From: Ferroacidibacillus organovorans
Lineage (GTDB): Bacteria; Bacillota; Bacilli; Alicyclobacillales; SLC66
Assembly (NCBI RefSeq): GCF_001642725.1
Contig: NZ_LSUQ01000019.1
Location: 1-48,120, forward strand
Direction: 5' to 3'
Length of the DNA: 48,120 bases
Made by a program: the position numbers and the translations under genes
Notes under the pieces: model-generated
The model's input: the letters and a program-made list of their open reading frames with translations, nothing else
What the model was told of the DNA's origin: nothing
The model's database searches: none
In this document: positions 28,460 to 38,029 of the stretch, piece after piece
How the letters are laid out: each line of letters opens with the position of its first letter
How positions within the stretch are numbered: the stretch's first letter is position 1

Positions 28460-29893
28460 CTAATTGCGCGGTATATAGAGAAGCGCCCCGTCTGCGATTG
28501 GCTGCTCAAGCGATGCATTTGCGTGCAGCAATTGTGTTACTGTGAGATCGTAAGATGCAGCTACTTCTTCCAATGTTTCCTTGCCCCTGACAATGCGAAA
28601 CGTCATTTTATAGACGGATTCACCTGTGGGGATATTGAGCGTCTTCCAAAACCACTCTGCGGCAGTCATCTCAATGTGCGTCTCTGGAACGGCCGTATAA
28701 GACATCTGAGGCACTCCGTCTCCTTCTGACGCCGCGTACTTTTTCTCTGTCCTCTCCATGGATTCTTCTTCTTTTGGGAGGACAGGATGAACCGATGGAG
28801 CTACGGGCGATCCAAAAGGGGCCATGTTCGTTTCTAAAAAGGATTCACTCACACCGCCCGAGCCAAAAAGACTCTGATCAATCGCCGATCGCTCAGAATC
28901 CGGAGTTGACTCCATTTTCATTGGTTGATTCGTTGTAACGTCAGAGGACTCATAATGGAACGATTGCAGCTCAACCGTTTCATACTGCGCATTCACACGC
29001 TCATCATCTGTCCGTTCCTGCGGCTCTTTCCCTATCACAGCGGCCGCTTCTCTCTCACCAGCCGTTTCCATCGATTCATGTTTATTGTCAACCGACTCTG
29101 CAACTGCGCCAAACAGAGCGCGATCCGCTTCGACAAGATGCGTCTTCCACCCCAGTTCGGACAGAGATTCCGCTTGACCAGCGTTTGACTCCTCTTGATC
29201 GCTCCTCGCGTGAGGGTGCGAAGGAGGTACATGCGCTTGATCTGTCCACGTCTGGTACGCGAGACCTGACAAATCCTTCATCTCAAACGGCATGAGTGGC
29301 TCTTCCTCAGAGCGCAACAAGACAGCATCTGCGGGCGCTTGTTCAAATGTTGCGTCATTCGCTTCAAGGAATTCAGACGGGGACGTCTCTTTTGCAAATG
29401 GAGGCGCGACGAACGCATCCCCTTTTTCGCTCTCTGTTTCAGCACGCGCTGGAACAAGAATTTCCTGCGCGCCACAATGCGCCACATAACCTGCACGGTC
29501 ATCTAAACCCGTAATTTCAAGCGCACCTTTTACATTTACCCACCCGGGGCCCAAGACGCAAAGCTCCGCTTCTGGCATCTCGACACTCACATTCAGCATG
29601 GTCTGTGACTGCCCAGATACCGGGACGCGCAAATCAAACGGCATGCGGTGCCGCATGTGCTTAATGGACGATGCGTCAAGCGCCGCAGAAAGCTCCTGAG
29701 GTTCACGAAGAAAAGCGGAAAAAAGAATATTGCCTTCAAGGAAAAATGAATCACCGCGCTGTTCGAACGTTACAACTTCTGTCGGTGCAGAATACTCTTC
29801 CATCGTTTCATCGCCATGCACCACGTCCGTGAACACCTGTTGATCGACTTCCAAAACAATCTTTCGCGTGCGTTCCTCTTCTGGCACAGTCAT
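28460..29893 (-). CDS. spoVID: SpoVID-like spore-coat morphogenetic protein with a C-terminal LysM domain
   Basis: SpoVID-like N-domain (LEGNILFSA, HRMPFDLRVP), acidic low-complexity middle and LysM (IVRGKETLEEVAASYDL...LLYIP); syntenic position. Confidence 0.8.
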   Translation of the reverse strand: MTVPEEERTRKIVLEVDQQVFTDVVHGDETMEEYSAPTEVVTFEQRGDSFFLEGNILFSAFLREPQELSAALDASSIKHMRHRMPFDLRVPVSGQSQTMLNVSVEMPEAELCVLGPGWVNVKGALEITGLDDRAGYVAHCGAQEILVPARAETESEKGDAFVAPPFAKETSPSEFLEANDATFEQAPADAVLLRSEEEPLMPFEMKDLSGLAYQTWTDQAHVPPSHPHARSDQEESNAGQAESLSELGWKTHLVEADRALFGAVAESVDNKHESMETAGEREAAAVIGKEPQERTDDERVNAQYETVELQSFHYESSDVTTNQPMKMESTPDSERSAIDQSLFGSGGVSESFLETNMAPFGSPVAPSVHPVLPKEEESMERTEKKYAASEGDGVPQMSYTAVPETHIEMTAAEWFWKTLNIPTGESVYKMTFRIVRGKETLEEVAASYDLTVTQLLHANASLEQPIADGALLYIPRN

Positions 29894-29922
29894 CCCTCCC
29901 TAAGCCCAAAGGCTTCTCCCAC

Positions 29923-29952
29923 ACCATACGTACAGGATGAGTTGGATATACC
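29923..29952 (-). promoter_or_regulatory. Candidate sigma-E-type promoter for spoVID
   Basis: GGTATA-N16-CGTATGGT (imperfect -10); spoVID is sigma-E-dependent in B. subtilis. Confidence 0.45.
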
Positions 29953-30025
29953 TTTTGCGCGCGATGTTTACGCGACATCCGCATCCATTTCGCGTGATAT
30001 CATGAGGACAGAGGGGGTTCGATCT

Positions 30026-30265
30026 GTGGATCACATCCATTCACTGCTTTACAGCTACGCGACACTCGATATAAATTATCAAAAAACGAAAGACGCGACC
30101 TATAAAAAGGGGTTAGCGATGATGCGAACGCGTTTGCGTCGCCTCGGGATCGACATTCTTGAAGTGCACGCGGACGACACCTATGTGTACGTTCAATACC
30201 TTTGCGACAGAAAGGTGAGCGTACACGTCATCGAAACGAAAGCTCCCGCGCAACCGGCGCTTTGA
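30026..30265 (+). CDS. Small hypothetical protein (79 aa)
   Basis: GTG 30026 with SD GAGGGGG and extended -10 TGATATCAT (29995-30003). It fills the gap between spoVID and DUF192. Confidence 0.6.
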   Translation: MDHIHSLLYSYATLDINYQKTKDATYKKGLAMMRTRLRRLGIDILEVHADDTYVYVQYLCDRKVSVHVIETKAPAQPAL

Positions 30266-30605
30266 CACATAATTCCGTAAATTGCAAGCGATCGCGCGGC
30301 TCGATTCCCATGCGCCGCGCCGCGCCTGCCTGCAGCTCAAGCGTTTTGGCGGCGCCCCGGCAATAACTAAATTGCCCCGGTGGAACACACTCCACAACCT
30401 TGACGATTTCATCGCTCCGATCCATGAAAATGATATCGATTGGAATCTTCATAAAAAACGTATGCACCGCGCTGCAGTGATTAAAATACATTCCTGCGTG
30501 CGCAGACAGTCTATGAACTCCAGTCAAACCGCGAAGACGTTGGAAAAAAGAACGCGCCTCGTGAATATCGTGTGCAATAAGTAGATCCCCTTTGTACATA
30601 TACAC
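30228..30605 (-). CDS. DUF192 family protein
   Basis: RLRGL, VHTFFMKIPIDIIFMD and TLELQAG; a family commonly found at the end of tad clusters. Confidence 0.85.
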   Translation of the reverse strand: MYMYKGDLLIAHDIHEARSFFQRLRGLTGVHRLSAHAGMYFNHCSAVHTFFMKIPIDIIFMDRSDEIVKVVECVPPGQFSYCRGAAKTLELQAGAARRMGIEPRDRLQFTELCVKAPVARELSFR

Positions 30606-30618
30606 TATCTTTTCCTCC

Positions 30619-31509
30619 TCATGCGTGTGAGAGTCCCGCGATAATTCGCAAGACAGCAGGTCCCATTAAAATGACAAATAATCCTGGAAAGATAAAGAAT
30701 ACAAGTGGAAACAAAATTTTGATCGGAGCTTTCATCGCTTTTTCCTCAGCCTTTTGTTTTAGACGTCTGCGCACCTCAGCACCTTGGATGCGCAATACCA
30801 AAGCGATCCCCATCCCCACGCGGTCTGCGTGAATCAGTGCATTCATTACACTTTGAAACTCATCGATCCCCACCCGATTGGCGGCGTCGCGAAACGCATT
30901 TCTTCTTGATTTTCCGAGACTCATCTCAAGAAGAACCTGACGTAATTCATCGATCAAAGGCGAGTTCATCTGTTCCGTCACGCGGGTCAGTGATTGGTCA
31001 AACCCGAGACCTGCCTCAACGCTGATCGTGATCATATCGATAACCTGCGGTAAATCTCTTCGCGTTTTCTCTTGCAGCAATCGCTCACGCCGTTTTAAAT
31101 AAAAGCGAAATCCAATCAGAACAAAAAGAGGAAATACAATCGCCAATTCAAGGTGGATTGCGCTGTGTCCCGATAACAAACTGAAAATAGGCAAGATAAT
31201 TGCCACACCGTAAACACTCCCGCGCAAACGCTCGTATTGGCGAATGGCTTCTGCCGTTTTGAACCCTGATCTACGCGCTTGTACCTGCTCTCGCTCGCCA
31301 ATGTGCTTCGGAGTCATTCTTTGCAACCACGTCAAGTAGACCAGGGCGATACGACTCGCAGAAGTCCGCCAAGCCAGATGACGGGTGGACTCTGGTAAAA
31401 GTTCTTTGACGCGAGCTTCTACAGTGAGTTGTCGCGAAAACAGGAGGGTAAGTAACAAATAAAGCGCGAGTCCCGTTGAGCAAAAAAGAAGAATAGCGAT
31501 GGTAGACAT
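30619..31509 (-). CDS. tadC: Tad platform protein TadC
   Basis: VEAGLGFD and AEEKAMKAPIKILFPLVFFIFP. Confidence 0.92.
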   Translation of the reverse strand: MSTIAILLFCSTGLALYLLLTLLFSRQLTVEARVKELLPESTRHLAWRTSASRIALVYLTWLQRMTPKHIGEREQVQARRSGFKTAEAIRQYERLRGSVYGVAIILPIFSLLSGHSAIHLELAIVFPLFVLIGFRFYLKRRERLLQEKTRRDLPQVIDMITISVEAGLGFDQSLTRVTEQMNSPLIDELRQVLLEMSLGKSRRNAFRDAANRVGIDEFQSVMNALIHADRVGMGIALVLRIQGAEVRRRLKQKAEEKAMKAPIKILFPLVFFIFPGLFVILMGPAVLRIIAGLSHA

Positions 31510-31528
31510 GGGGACACCTCCTCACTCC

Positions 31529-32458
31529 CTACACTTCGATTTGAACAATTTTACGAATCAACAGGGCTCCCGTGATCTGTCCGAGTAAAGCAAGCGCGAC
31601 GAGGGTCAGTCCAAGTTCATTCGAAAAGAGCAGGGAAAGATAGCCTGGATTAAAAAGATCAAGAATGACTGCAATGCCTGGTGTCATCAAAAGGAAAATC
31701 CACATCGACATTCTCCCTTGAGCGGTAAGCGAGCGAATCTCCCCTTTTAAGCGTATACGGTCGCGAATGGTCTCCTCGACCGTTTCCAGCACCTCTGCCA
31801 AATTTCCGCCCACCTGTCGCGAGACCAGAAAAGCATTTGCAATCAGTTCAAAATCACCCGATTGAATTCGCAACACCGCGTGTTTGATTGCCTCTTCGAC
31901 ACTGACACCCAGGGACATCTCGCGAATCATTCGACGAAACTCATCGCCAAGAAGACCATGTGCATCACGCGCAACCATGTCAATCGCTTGAAAAAAAGAA
32001 TTTCCTGCTCGCAATGCGCCAGAAATGACACGAAGCATTTCAGGAAGGTCACGCTCGAATGCGCGAAGCCGAATGGATTTACGACGCCTTCTATCAAATT
32101 GAATCCACGCGTAGAGCGCACCCCAATACACCAGACCGAGCAGCGGTCTACCTATGAAAAATGCAGTCACAAACGGAACGAGGATTAAAACAGCCGAATA
32201 GATTCGTGCTCGCTCAAGTGAAACCGGCATCCCTGTTGCGATCATCCACGTCGCCAGCGCATCAAACCAGCGTGACAGGCGTGTTTCTTCAGATTTTTCC
32301 TTTTTTTGTCGCTTTTTGACGGGTCGTGACTCTTCTTTCATCAATCTGTCATCCGCTATGGCGCGCAGGCGATCTTTTACGCGTGCGTTTCGATTGGTTG
32401 CAAAAAAAAGTGGCGTATAGATCAAGAGAAAAGAGGTGAGAAAAAAAATGATTTGCAC
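31529..32458 (-). CDS. tadB: Tad platform protein TadB
   Basis: LRAGNSF, GGNLAEVL and IRSLTAQGRMS. Confidence 0.92.
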   Translation of the reverse strand: MQIIFFLTSFLLIYTPLFFATNRNARVKDRLRAIADDRLMKEESRPVKKRQKKEKSEETRLSRWFDALATWMIATGMPVSLERARIYSAVLILVPFVTAFFIGRPLLGLVYWGALYAWIQFDRRRRKSIRLRAFERDLPEMLRVISGALRAGNSFFQAIDMVARDAHGLLGDEFRRMIREMSLGVSVEEAIKHAVLRIQSGDFELIANAFLVSRQVGGNLAEVLETVEETIRDRIRLKGEIRSLTAQGRMSMWIFLLMTPGIAVILDLFNPGYLSLLFSNELGLTLVALALLGQITGALLIRKIVQIEV

Positions 32459-32496
32459 TCACACGCCCCCCATCCTCGCTCAAAATGATCATCTCT

Positions 32497-33861
32497 TCAC
32501 TCATCCAGCGCTTGAAACCAGTCCATGCGAAATGGGATGCCGTACGCTTGCATCGCCTCCGTACACGCTGGAACAATCCCAGTCGCACGGTGTTTCCCAA
32601 TTACCGTTCCGTCAGGACGTCGTCCACGCTGTTCAAAGGTAAAAATATCCTGAAGAACAATTTGATCACCCTCCATGCCCATCACCTCCGTAATATAGGT
32701 CACTTTACGGCCCCCGTCCGATAGACGCGACTGCTGAACGATGAGGTCAACGGCTGAAGCGATTTGTTCCCGAATCGCCCTCATTGGGAGGTCCATTCCC
32801 GCCATCATCACCATCGTCTCAAGGCGTCTGAGCATATCGCGCGGCGTATTCGCGTGAGCGGTCGTAAGCGATCCGTCATGACCCGTGTTCATCGCCTGAA
32901 GCATATCGAGCGCCTCTGCCCCGCGCACCTCACCGACAACGATGCGATCAGGCCGCATCCGGAGCGCGTTTTTAACAAGATCTCGAATTGAGACCGCTCC
33001 ACGTCCCTCCACGTTTGCAGGTCTCGCCTCAAGCGTAACCAGATGGCGTTGCTGGAGCTTAAGTTCTGCAGCATCTTCAATCGTTATGATTCGCTCATCC
33101 TCGCGAATAAAGTTCGAAACAACATTCAAGGTCGTTGTCTTGCCAGAACCCGTCCCTCCTGAAATGACGATGTTTAACCGTGCATTGATCGCGGCGCGTA
33201 AGAACTCTGCCATGGGAGGCGTCAGCGTCCCAAAGTGAATTAAGTCTGACACTTGAAGTGGTACGGCTGAAAACTTTCGAATCGTGAGGCATGGTCCTTT
33301 TAAAGCAAGGGGAGGGATGATCGCGTGAACACGTGAGCCATCCGGTAACCGCGCGTCTACATATGGGACTGACTCATCAATCCGCCGCCCTATTGGCGCG
33401 ACAATCTTTTCAATGATGCGATGTACATGATCCGCGTCTTTAAACCTGATTTCTGTGAGCTCAAGTTTCCCTTTTCTCTCGATGTACACTTGATCGGGCG
33501 CGACCACCATGACTTCACTGATTGTCTCATCATGCAAGAAGGGATCGATCGGGCCAAATCCGCGAATCTCGGCGCGCAATTCACTCCACAAACGGTCGCG
33601 ATCTGCCTTTGGCAATACAATGCCGTCCTCGGCCAATGCCTGAAGAAATACACTCTCATACTCCTCTTCATTCTCTTGCTCCGTTAAGCGATCAACCAAT
33701 TGAATGTGAAGTTTTGTTTTCAAATCGGTAACACCTGTGTTCACGATCTGCGTCGGTGCTTCTCGCACTTCATGAGGGACATACTCATCGACCGCTTTGT
33801 ACTCGTTTATCATCTCCGTCGTCTTTCGACGTTCCATGCGATCCCTTAGCGTCAGGCTCAT
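32497..33861 (-). CDS. tadA: Tad assembly ATPase TadA/CpaF
   Basis: DARLPDGSRV, GGTGSGKTT, LRMRPDRIVVGEVRG and AMNTGHDGS. Confidence 0.96.
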   Translation of the reverse strand: MSLTLRDRMERRKTTEMINEYKAVDEYVPHEVREAPTQIVNTGVTDLKTKLHIQLVDRLTEQENEEEYESVFLQALAEDGIVLPKADRDRLWSELRAEIRGFGPIDPFLHDETISEVMVVAPDQVYIERKGKLELTEIRFKDADHVHRIIEKIVAPIGRRIDESVPYVDARLPDGSRVHAIIPPLALKGPCLTIRKFSAVPLQVSDLIHFGTLTPPMAEFLRAAINARLNIVISGGTGSGKTTTLNVVSNFIREDERIITIEDAAELKLQQRHLVTLEARPANVEGRGAVSIRDLVKNALRMRPDRIVVGEVRGAEALDMLQAMNTGHDGSLTTAHANTPRDMLRRLETMVMMAGMDLPMRAIREQIASAVDLIVQQSRLSDGGRKVTYITEVMGMEGDQIVLQDIFTFEQRGRRPDGTVIGKHRATGIVPACTEAMQAYGIPFRMDWFQALDE

Positions 33862-35072
33862 CCTTTAGCCCCCCTTGCCAAAAAATTCAGCCGCGATGGT
33901 TTAGCGCGTGGCTCACGCCGTCTGGATTCCTCAGCGATTACTTTTGCCGCGAGGTGCTTTAGATCACGTACAGCGCGCGAAGTGCGATGTTCCAATACGG
34001 CGGGAATTCCCACATCAGCCGCTCCACAAAGTGTTCCTGGATCGTAGCCAATTGCAGAAAAGGTTTCCAGTGACAAAACATCCTCAACAGCACGTTCACT
34101 TAGCTTGCCACGCTGCACAAGAAGGTGACGCAATAATTTTGGCTCACTTCCTACCGCTTTGAGTGCTTTTAACAACCGTTGGTTATTCTTGATCGACGCC
34201 AAGTCTGCCGTACTCACGAGCCACGTCTCATCCGATGTTTCGAGTGCTGCAAATAACACATCCGACAGTGCAGGGGCAGTATCAATGACAATGTAGTCAT
34301 ACGATGAACGCAATGCTTTTACAAGATCTTCGATATAGTGTGCAGAAATCAATTCACCCTGTTCGATTTGTTGGGGCGCGGCAAGAAGCGCTAATCCACA
34401 AGAGTGAGTGAGCAAATACGATGGTACCATTTCAAGGTAGTGATCACCTTCTAGCATCAGCGTATAACTATTCCTCGATTGATCGCTGCACCCCAGCAAA
34501 AGCGCCGCGTCGCCAAAAAATAAATCAAGATCGAGCAAAACGACCTTTTTCCCTTTTGCCGCCATGGCGCACGCTACATTGACCGCGATCGTCGATTTTC
34601 CGACACCGCCTTTTGCACTCAACATAGAAATGACGCGGGAGCGCGAACGGAAATTTTCCGTCAAAATTTGTGTTGTTGTCGCACGAACAGAACGTTCCAT
34701 TTGGTGATAGACCGAGCGAATGGATTGCGCCAAACTCTCCGTTGTAAACGGTTTTAGAAGGTACTCTTTTGCGCCGACCTGAATGGCGCCTCGAAGTGCC
34801 TGAAACTCCTCTTGTACAGAGACGATGATCACCGCTGTATTCGGCGCCACCTCAGCGATTCTACGCGTCGCCTCGATGCCGTCCATCACTGGCATATTGA
34901 TATCCATCAAGACAAGATCCGGTTTTAATAACTCCACCAATGCGATTGCGTCTTTGCCGTTTTTTGCTTCACCGACCACTTCAAAATCGCTGTGAAACGA
35001 CAGAAGCTGCTTTTCCGTTTCTAGAATTTCCGTTGCGTCATCGACAAGAAGAATGCGAATGATCGATTTCAT
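33858..35072 (-). CDS. cpaE: CpaE/TadZ-like receiver domain plus MinD/ParA-type ATPase
   Basis: Receiver domain (VDD, LMDINMP, YLLKPF) followed by KGGVGKST and DLDL. Confidence 0.88.
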   Translation of the reverse strand: MKSIIRILLVDDATEILETEKQLLSFHSDFEVVGEAKNGKDAIALVELLKPDLVLMDINMPVMDGIEATRRIAEVAPNTAVIIVSVQEEFQALRGAIQVGAKEYLLKPFTTESLAQSIRSVYHQMERSVRATTTQILTENFRSRSRVISMLSAKGGVGKSTIAVNVACAMAAKGKKVVLLDLDLFFGDAALLLGCSDQSRNSYTLMLEGDHYLEMVPSYLLTHSCGLALLAAPQQIEQGELISAHYIEDLVKALRSSYDYIVIDTAPALSDVLFAALETSDETWLVSTADLASIKNNQRLLKALKAVGSEPKLLRHLLVQRGKLSERAVEDVLSLETFSAIGYDPGTLCGAADVGIPAVLEHRTSRAVRDLKHLAAKVIAEESRRREPRAKPSRLNFLARGAKG

Positions 35073-35800
35073 GGCCGACCTCCTGCAAAAACGGTGTCAT
35101 TATTCACTTGCTTACCAAGCGAAGTCGGGGAACCATGAGTTGGCTCCAGGAGCAGATCGAGCTGACCAAAGGTTTCAAGATAAGCAATTTGATTCGCTTC
35201 CTTCGGGTTGACTGCCAACACGACCGTCCGTGTCGCATTGGCAGTCCCAGAAGTTCCGCTTAAGGAATAAGACTGCCCAGTTATTGAAAGCACGTAGATA
35301 TGGTTCGCAAGGATATAGGACTCATAGAGATTATTGTCGTACGATTTTGTAAGAACACCGAGAACTGATACGTAATCTCCAGTCTGGATGAATCCACCAG
35401 CGTCATAGAGCGGATTGTACAAGACAGCCATCGCGACATCGCCACTCGGTATTTTGTCGGCAAATTGAAGCGTTTGTACTTGCCCTGAAACGAGTTGTGG
35501 GATGAGTTGTTCCCCAGGAAATAGATTTTGCGCCGCATATTTCCCTACCACTTGAGAGAATTGAACAAATGCGTTTGGTTCGCGGCCTCCGAGTGGAACA
35601 GAGGCAACTCGCCATGTCGTAGACGTAAGGGGTGAACCGGCCGTTACCTCTCTTGTCGCGACAAGCACAGGCACAGTTTTTACGCTGGCGCGCGTCGCTT
35701 GAACTGTGTTTCGAAGAATGGATTCAACAGTAACTGTGGCAAGCAATGCCATCACGACTGAGCTTAGCAATAACAGTGTCGAGAGTCGTAACCGTTTCAA
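35069..35800 (-). CDS. cpaB: Flp pilus assembly protein CpaB/RcpC (SAF domain)
   Basis: TM, VLVATREVTAG, GGFIQTGDYVSV and VVLAVNPKEA; TTG start 35800. Confidence 0.85.
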   Translation of the reverse strand: MKRLRLSTLLLLSSVVMALLATVTVESILRNTVQATRASVKTVPVLVATREVTAGSPLTSTTWRVASVPLGGREPNAFVQFSQVVGKYAAQNLFPGEQLIPQLVSGQVQTLQFADKIPSGDVAMAVLYNPLYDAGGFIQTGDYVSVLGVLTKSYDNNLYESYILANHIYVLSITGQSYSLSGTSGTANATRTVVLAVNPKEANQIAYLETFGQLDLLLEPTHGSPTSLGKQVNNDTVFAGGRP

Positions 35801-35851
35801 TGTAAACCCACCTTCGCTATAGCATTTCTCGAACACCTGAATTAAGCTCTG

Positions 35852-36751
35852 TCACAGATCGAGATGGACGCCGTATAGGCCAAAGTTTGGCCCCGGACCC
35901 GTTGAGCCTGAAACGACCATTTGCAAAAACCTGCCTTCGATCATTTGGTGGCCTCCTTCACCCGAGATTCCCTCAAGAAAAAAAGCGGCAAAGCCGACAA
36001 TCGTGACACTCGCTCGACCGTGACTGGGGAGGGCGTTTATCACAGGCAGAATCATGACGCGCGGCGAAGAGCGATTCACAGAGGTGTAGTCCTCGCCTTC
36101 TCCTTCACCCATGCGAAAATGAATGGCGGTGGCGACAGGACCTGTCATGATGCCAGGTTCACTCTCTACAACATCCCCTACATGCAACTCGCCAGAATAT
36201 CCGTACATTACATTGTTTTCAAGTACACTCGCGCCGGTACCGCCAAGTGCGAGAAATCCGTAATTCCCTTGACTCCCATCCCCTGCAGCGCACGACAATT
36301 GGACAAGTTGACCATACTGAAAACTTTGTTGAACGACGCCGATCGGAACAAATCCGGTTCCACCAATCAAGGTTTGCGCCTGCGCGTGCGAAACTGCTGA
36401 AACGGACGCCTGATTGACCCCAAAAACGCGAGCAAAATAGAGCGGAACAAGTTTTTCACTTTGCACGGTGACCGTATTCGTCGCAGCGTCAAAGGATACA
36501 GTTCCAATAGGTTCTCCATTCTCTGTCATATATTGATCTGCCGCCTGTGTCATTGCAGACATTCCGCCTAAAAATGCAGCCGCACCTGCCAATGCGCCGG
36601 CGTCTACAGCATTTGAAAGCGCTTGGCGCTCTACATACACGGTTCCAAAATCTGTGACAAGTCCTGTGAATCCGAGCAAACTCACGAGAGAGAGTGAAAA
36701 CAGTATGGCTACATTTCCCTTTTCCTCTCGAAGAATCCGCACCGTGTTCAC
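35852..36751 (-). CDS. tadG: TadG-like pseudopilin
   Basis: EKG|NVAILF, TDFG..Y and AVDAGALAGA Tad domain. Confidence 0.8.
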   Translation of the reverse strand: MNTVRILREEKGNVAILFSLSLVSLLGFTGLVTDFGTVYVERQALSNAVDAGALAGAAAFLGGMSAMTQAADQYMTENGEPIGTVSFDAATNTVTVQSEKLVPLYFARVFGVNQASVSAVSHAQAQTLIGGTGFVPIGVVQQSFQYGQLVQLSCAAGDGSQGNYGFLALGGTGASVLENNVMYGYSGELHVGDVVESEPGIMTGPVATAIHFRMGEGEGEDYTSVNRSSPRVMILPVINALPSHGRASVTIVGFAAFFLEGISGEGGHQMIEGRFLQMVVSGSTGPGPNFGLYGVHLDL

Positions 36752-37152
36752 TCCATTCTCATGGTCGTCTGCGCCGTCAAATTAATTTTTGCAGGAAGAA
36801 ACGTGAAGAGAAATGGATCAATCGCAACTGGATAAGAGACGGTAACCGTCACCGGATTTCCAGGGATCCGCTCACCGCTTGCAGGCGAGACAGTTATCGC
36901 GAGTTGACTCGGAATTAAAAAAGGACAGTCACTCACTACCACTGCGTCAATCTGTGTATCCGTCGCGCCAAGACTCGCATAGCGAGCCGCGTCACGCGAT
37001 GCAGCACTGATCGTGAGTTCGTTCCACATGATCCTTCCAAAATCAAAGACTCCGAATAAAAGCAATAGAAACAGCGGGATAACGAGCGCAAATTCTACAA
37101 GTGCTTGTCCTTTTTCTGAGCGAATCAGCGTGTGAAATCCGTTACGCACCAC
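36748..37152 (-). CDS. tadE: TadE-like pseudopilin
   Basis: EKG|QALVEFALVIP and ASRDAARYA. True start is GTG 37152 (SD GGAGGTG); the upstream ORF-track portion is a shadow of tadV. Confidence 0.88.
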   Translation of the reverse strand: MVRNGFHTLIRSEKGQALVEFALVIPLFLLLLFGVFDFGRIMWNELTISAASRDAARYASLGATDTQIDAVVVSDCPFLIPSQLAITVSPASGERIPGNPVTVTVSYPVAIDPFLFTFLPAKINLTAQTTMRME

Positions 37153-37610
37153 AAGAGAACACCTCCCGTGATGGCGAACGCATAAGGAATCGAAGGTTTG
37201 CTTGGCGCGAACGATTCGCGCAAAAGCGGGTCGGTTGCAATCGGATTCCCCAATCCTGCTGACACACGGGGAATGTTCGCGTGAATCACCAGCGCAAGAA
37301 ACGCTCCTGTCACCGCCATCCCCACCAAAACATAGGCCATTCCCGAGATGCCCACAGCAAGCCCTACAGCGCTTAGGAGCTTTACATCGCCAGCCCCCAT
37401 TCCGCGCAATACGTACGGTAAAAACAGTGCACAAAACCCGAGAAATCCGCCTTCTACCATAGATAAAAACGAACGATCCAGAAACATTCCAATAAAAATC
37501 GCGAAAAACGCGAATCCCCCTGTGAGCCAATTGGGTATCCTTCGCGCTCGAAGATCTGTGACCGAGGCAATCGTGCATGCCGTGAGGGTCAATAAAACTT
37601 CAGCGTTCAT
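37125..37610 (-). CDS. tadV: Flp prepilin peptidase TadV/CpaA (A24 family)
   Basis: TDLRARRIPN, MGAGDVKL and IPYAFAI. Confidence 0.9.
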   Translation of the reverse strand: MNAEVLLTLTACTIASVTDLRARRIPNWLTGGFAFFAIFIGMFLDRSFLSMVEGGFLGFCALFLPYVLRGMGAGDVKLLSAVGLAVGISGMAYVLVGMAVTGAFLALVIHANIPRVSAGLGNPIATDPLLRESFAPSKPSIPYAFAITGGVLLWCVTDFTR

Positions 37611-37662
37611 AGGATTCACCTCATAACCCCAAGGGGATGGAAGAGCAACTGCGTACGTTCTT

Positions 37663-37893
37663 TCAACTACCCGATGTAGTTAAAGTTCCTGAAATATTCT
37701 GAAATATGCCACCTAACCCTTTTCCTAATAAACCCAAACCGACAATCGCCGCAATCGCGACAAGCCCAATGATCAATCCGTACTCGACCAGCCCCTGACC
37801 CGACTCATCACGCAGGCGATGTTTTGCCAAATAGGCGACGCGGCCTGACCATACTGTAAGCGATACGATACCGTCTTTGATCTTATCCATCAT
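37663..37893 (-). CDS. flp: Flp family pilin
   Basis: DESG|QGLVEYGLII Flp motif followed by a hydrophobic helix. Confidence 0.93.
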   Translation of the reverse strand: MMDKIKDGIVSLTVWSGRVAYLAKHRLRDESGQGLVEYGLIIGLVAIAAIVGLGLLGKGLGGIFQNISGTLTTSGS

Positions 37894-37937
37894 CCCTGAC
37901 AACCCCTTTTCATTTTCTACTTTCTTTTCATGTATTC

Positions 37938-38029
37938 ATCATAAAAGAAAAGAAGAGTCACCCAACAGGGTAAACTCTCCTATCTTTTCTTGCATATTTA
38001 TTAATAGATTCCTAGGAAAAAAGACCTAG
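37938..38029 (-). promoter_or_regulatory. Putative flp/tad promoter with NarL/LuxR-type inverted-repeat boxes
   Basis: -10 TATGAT (37943-37938) with a weak -35 TTGGGT. Palindrome CTAGG-N8-CCTAG (38012-38029) and a related 16-mer at 37967-37982. Confidence 0.45.

Noticed and set aside
37153..37578. N-terminal extension of the tadE ORF
   Set aside because: It overlaps tadV in another frame; the SD and pilin leader place the start at 37152.
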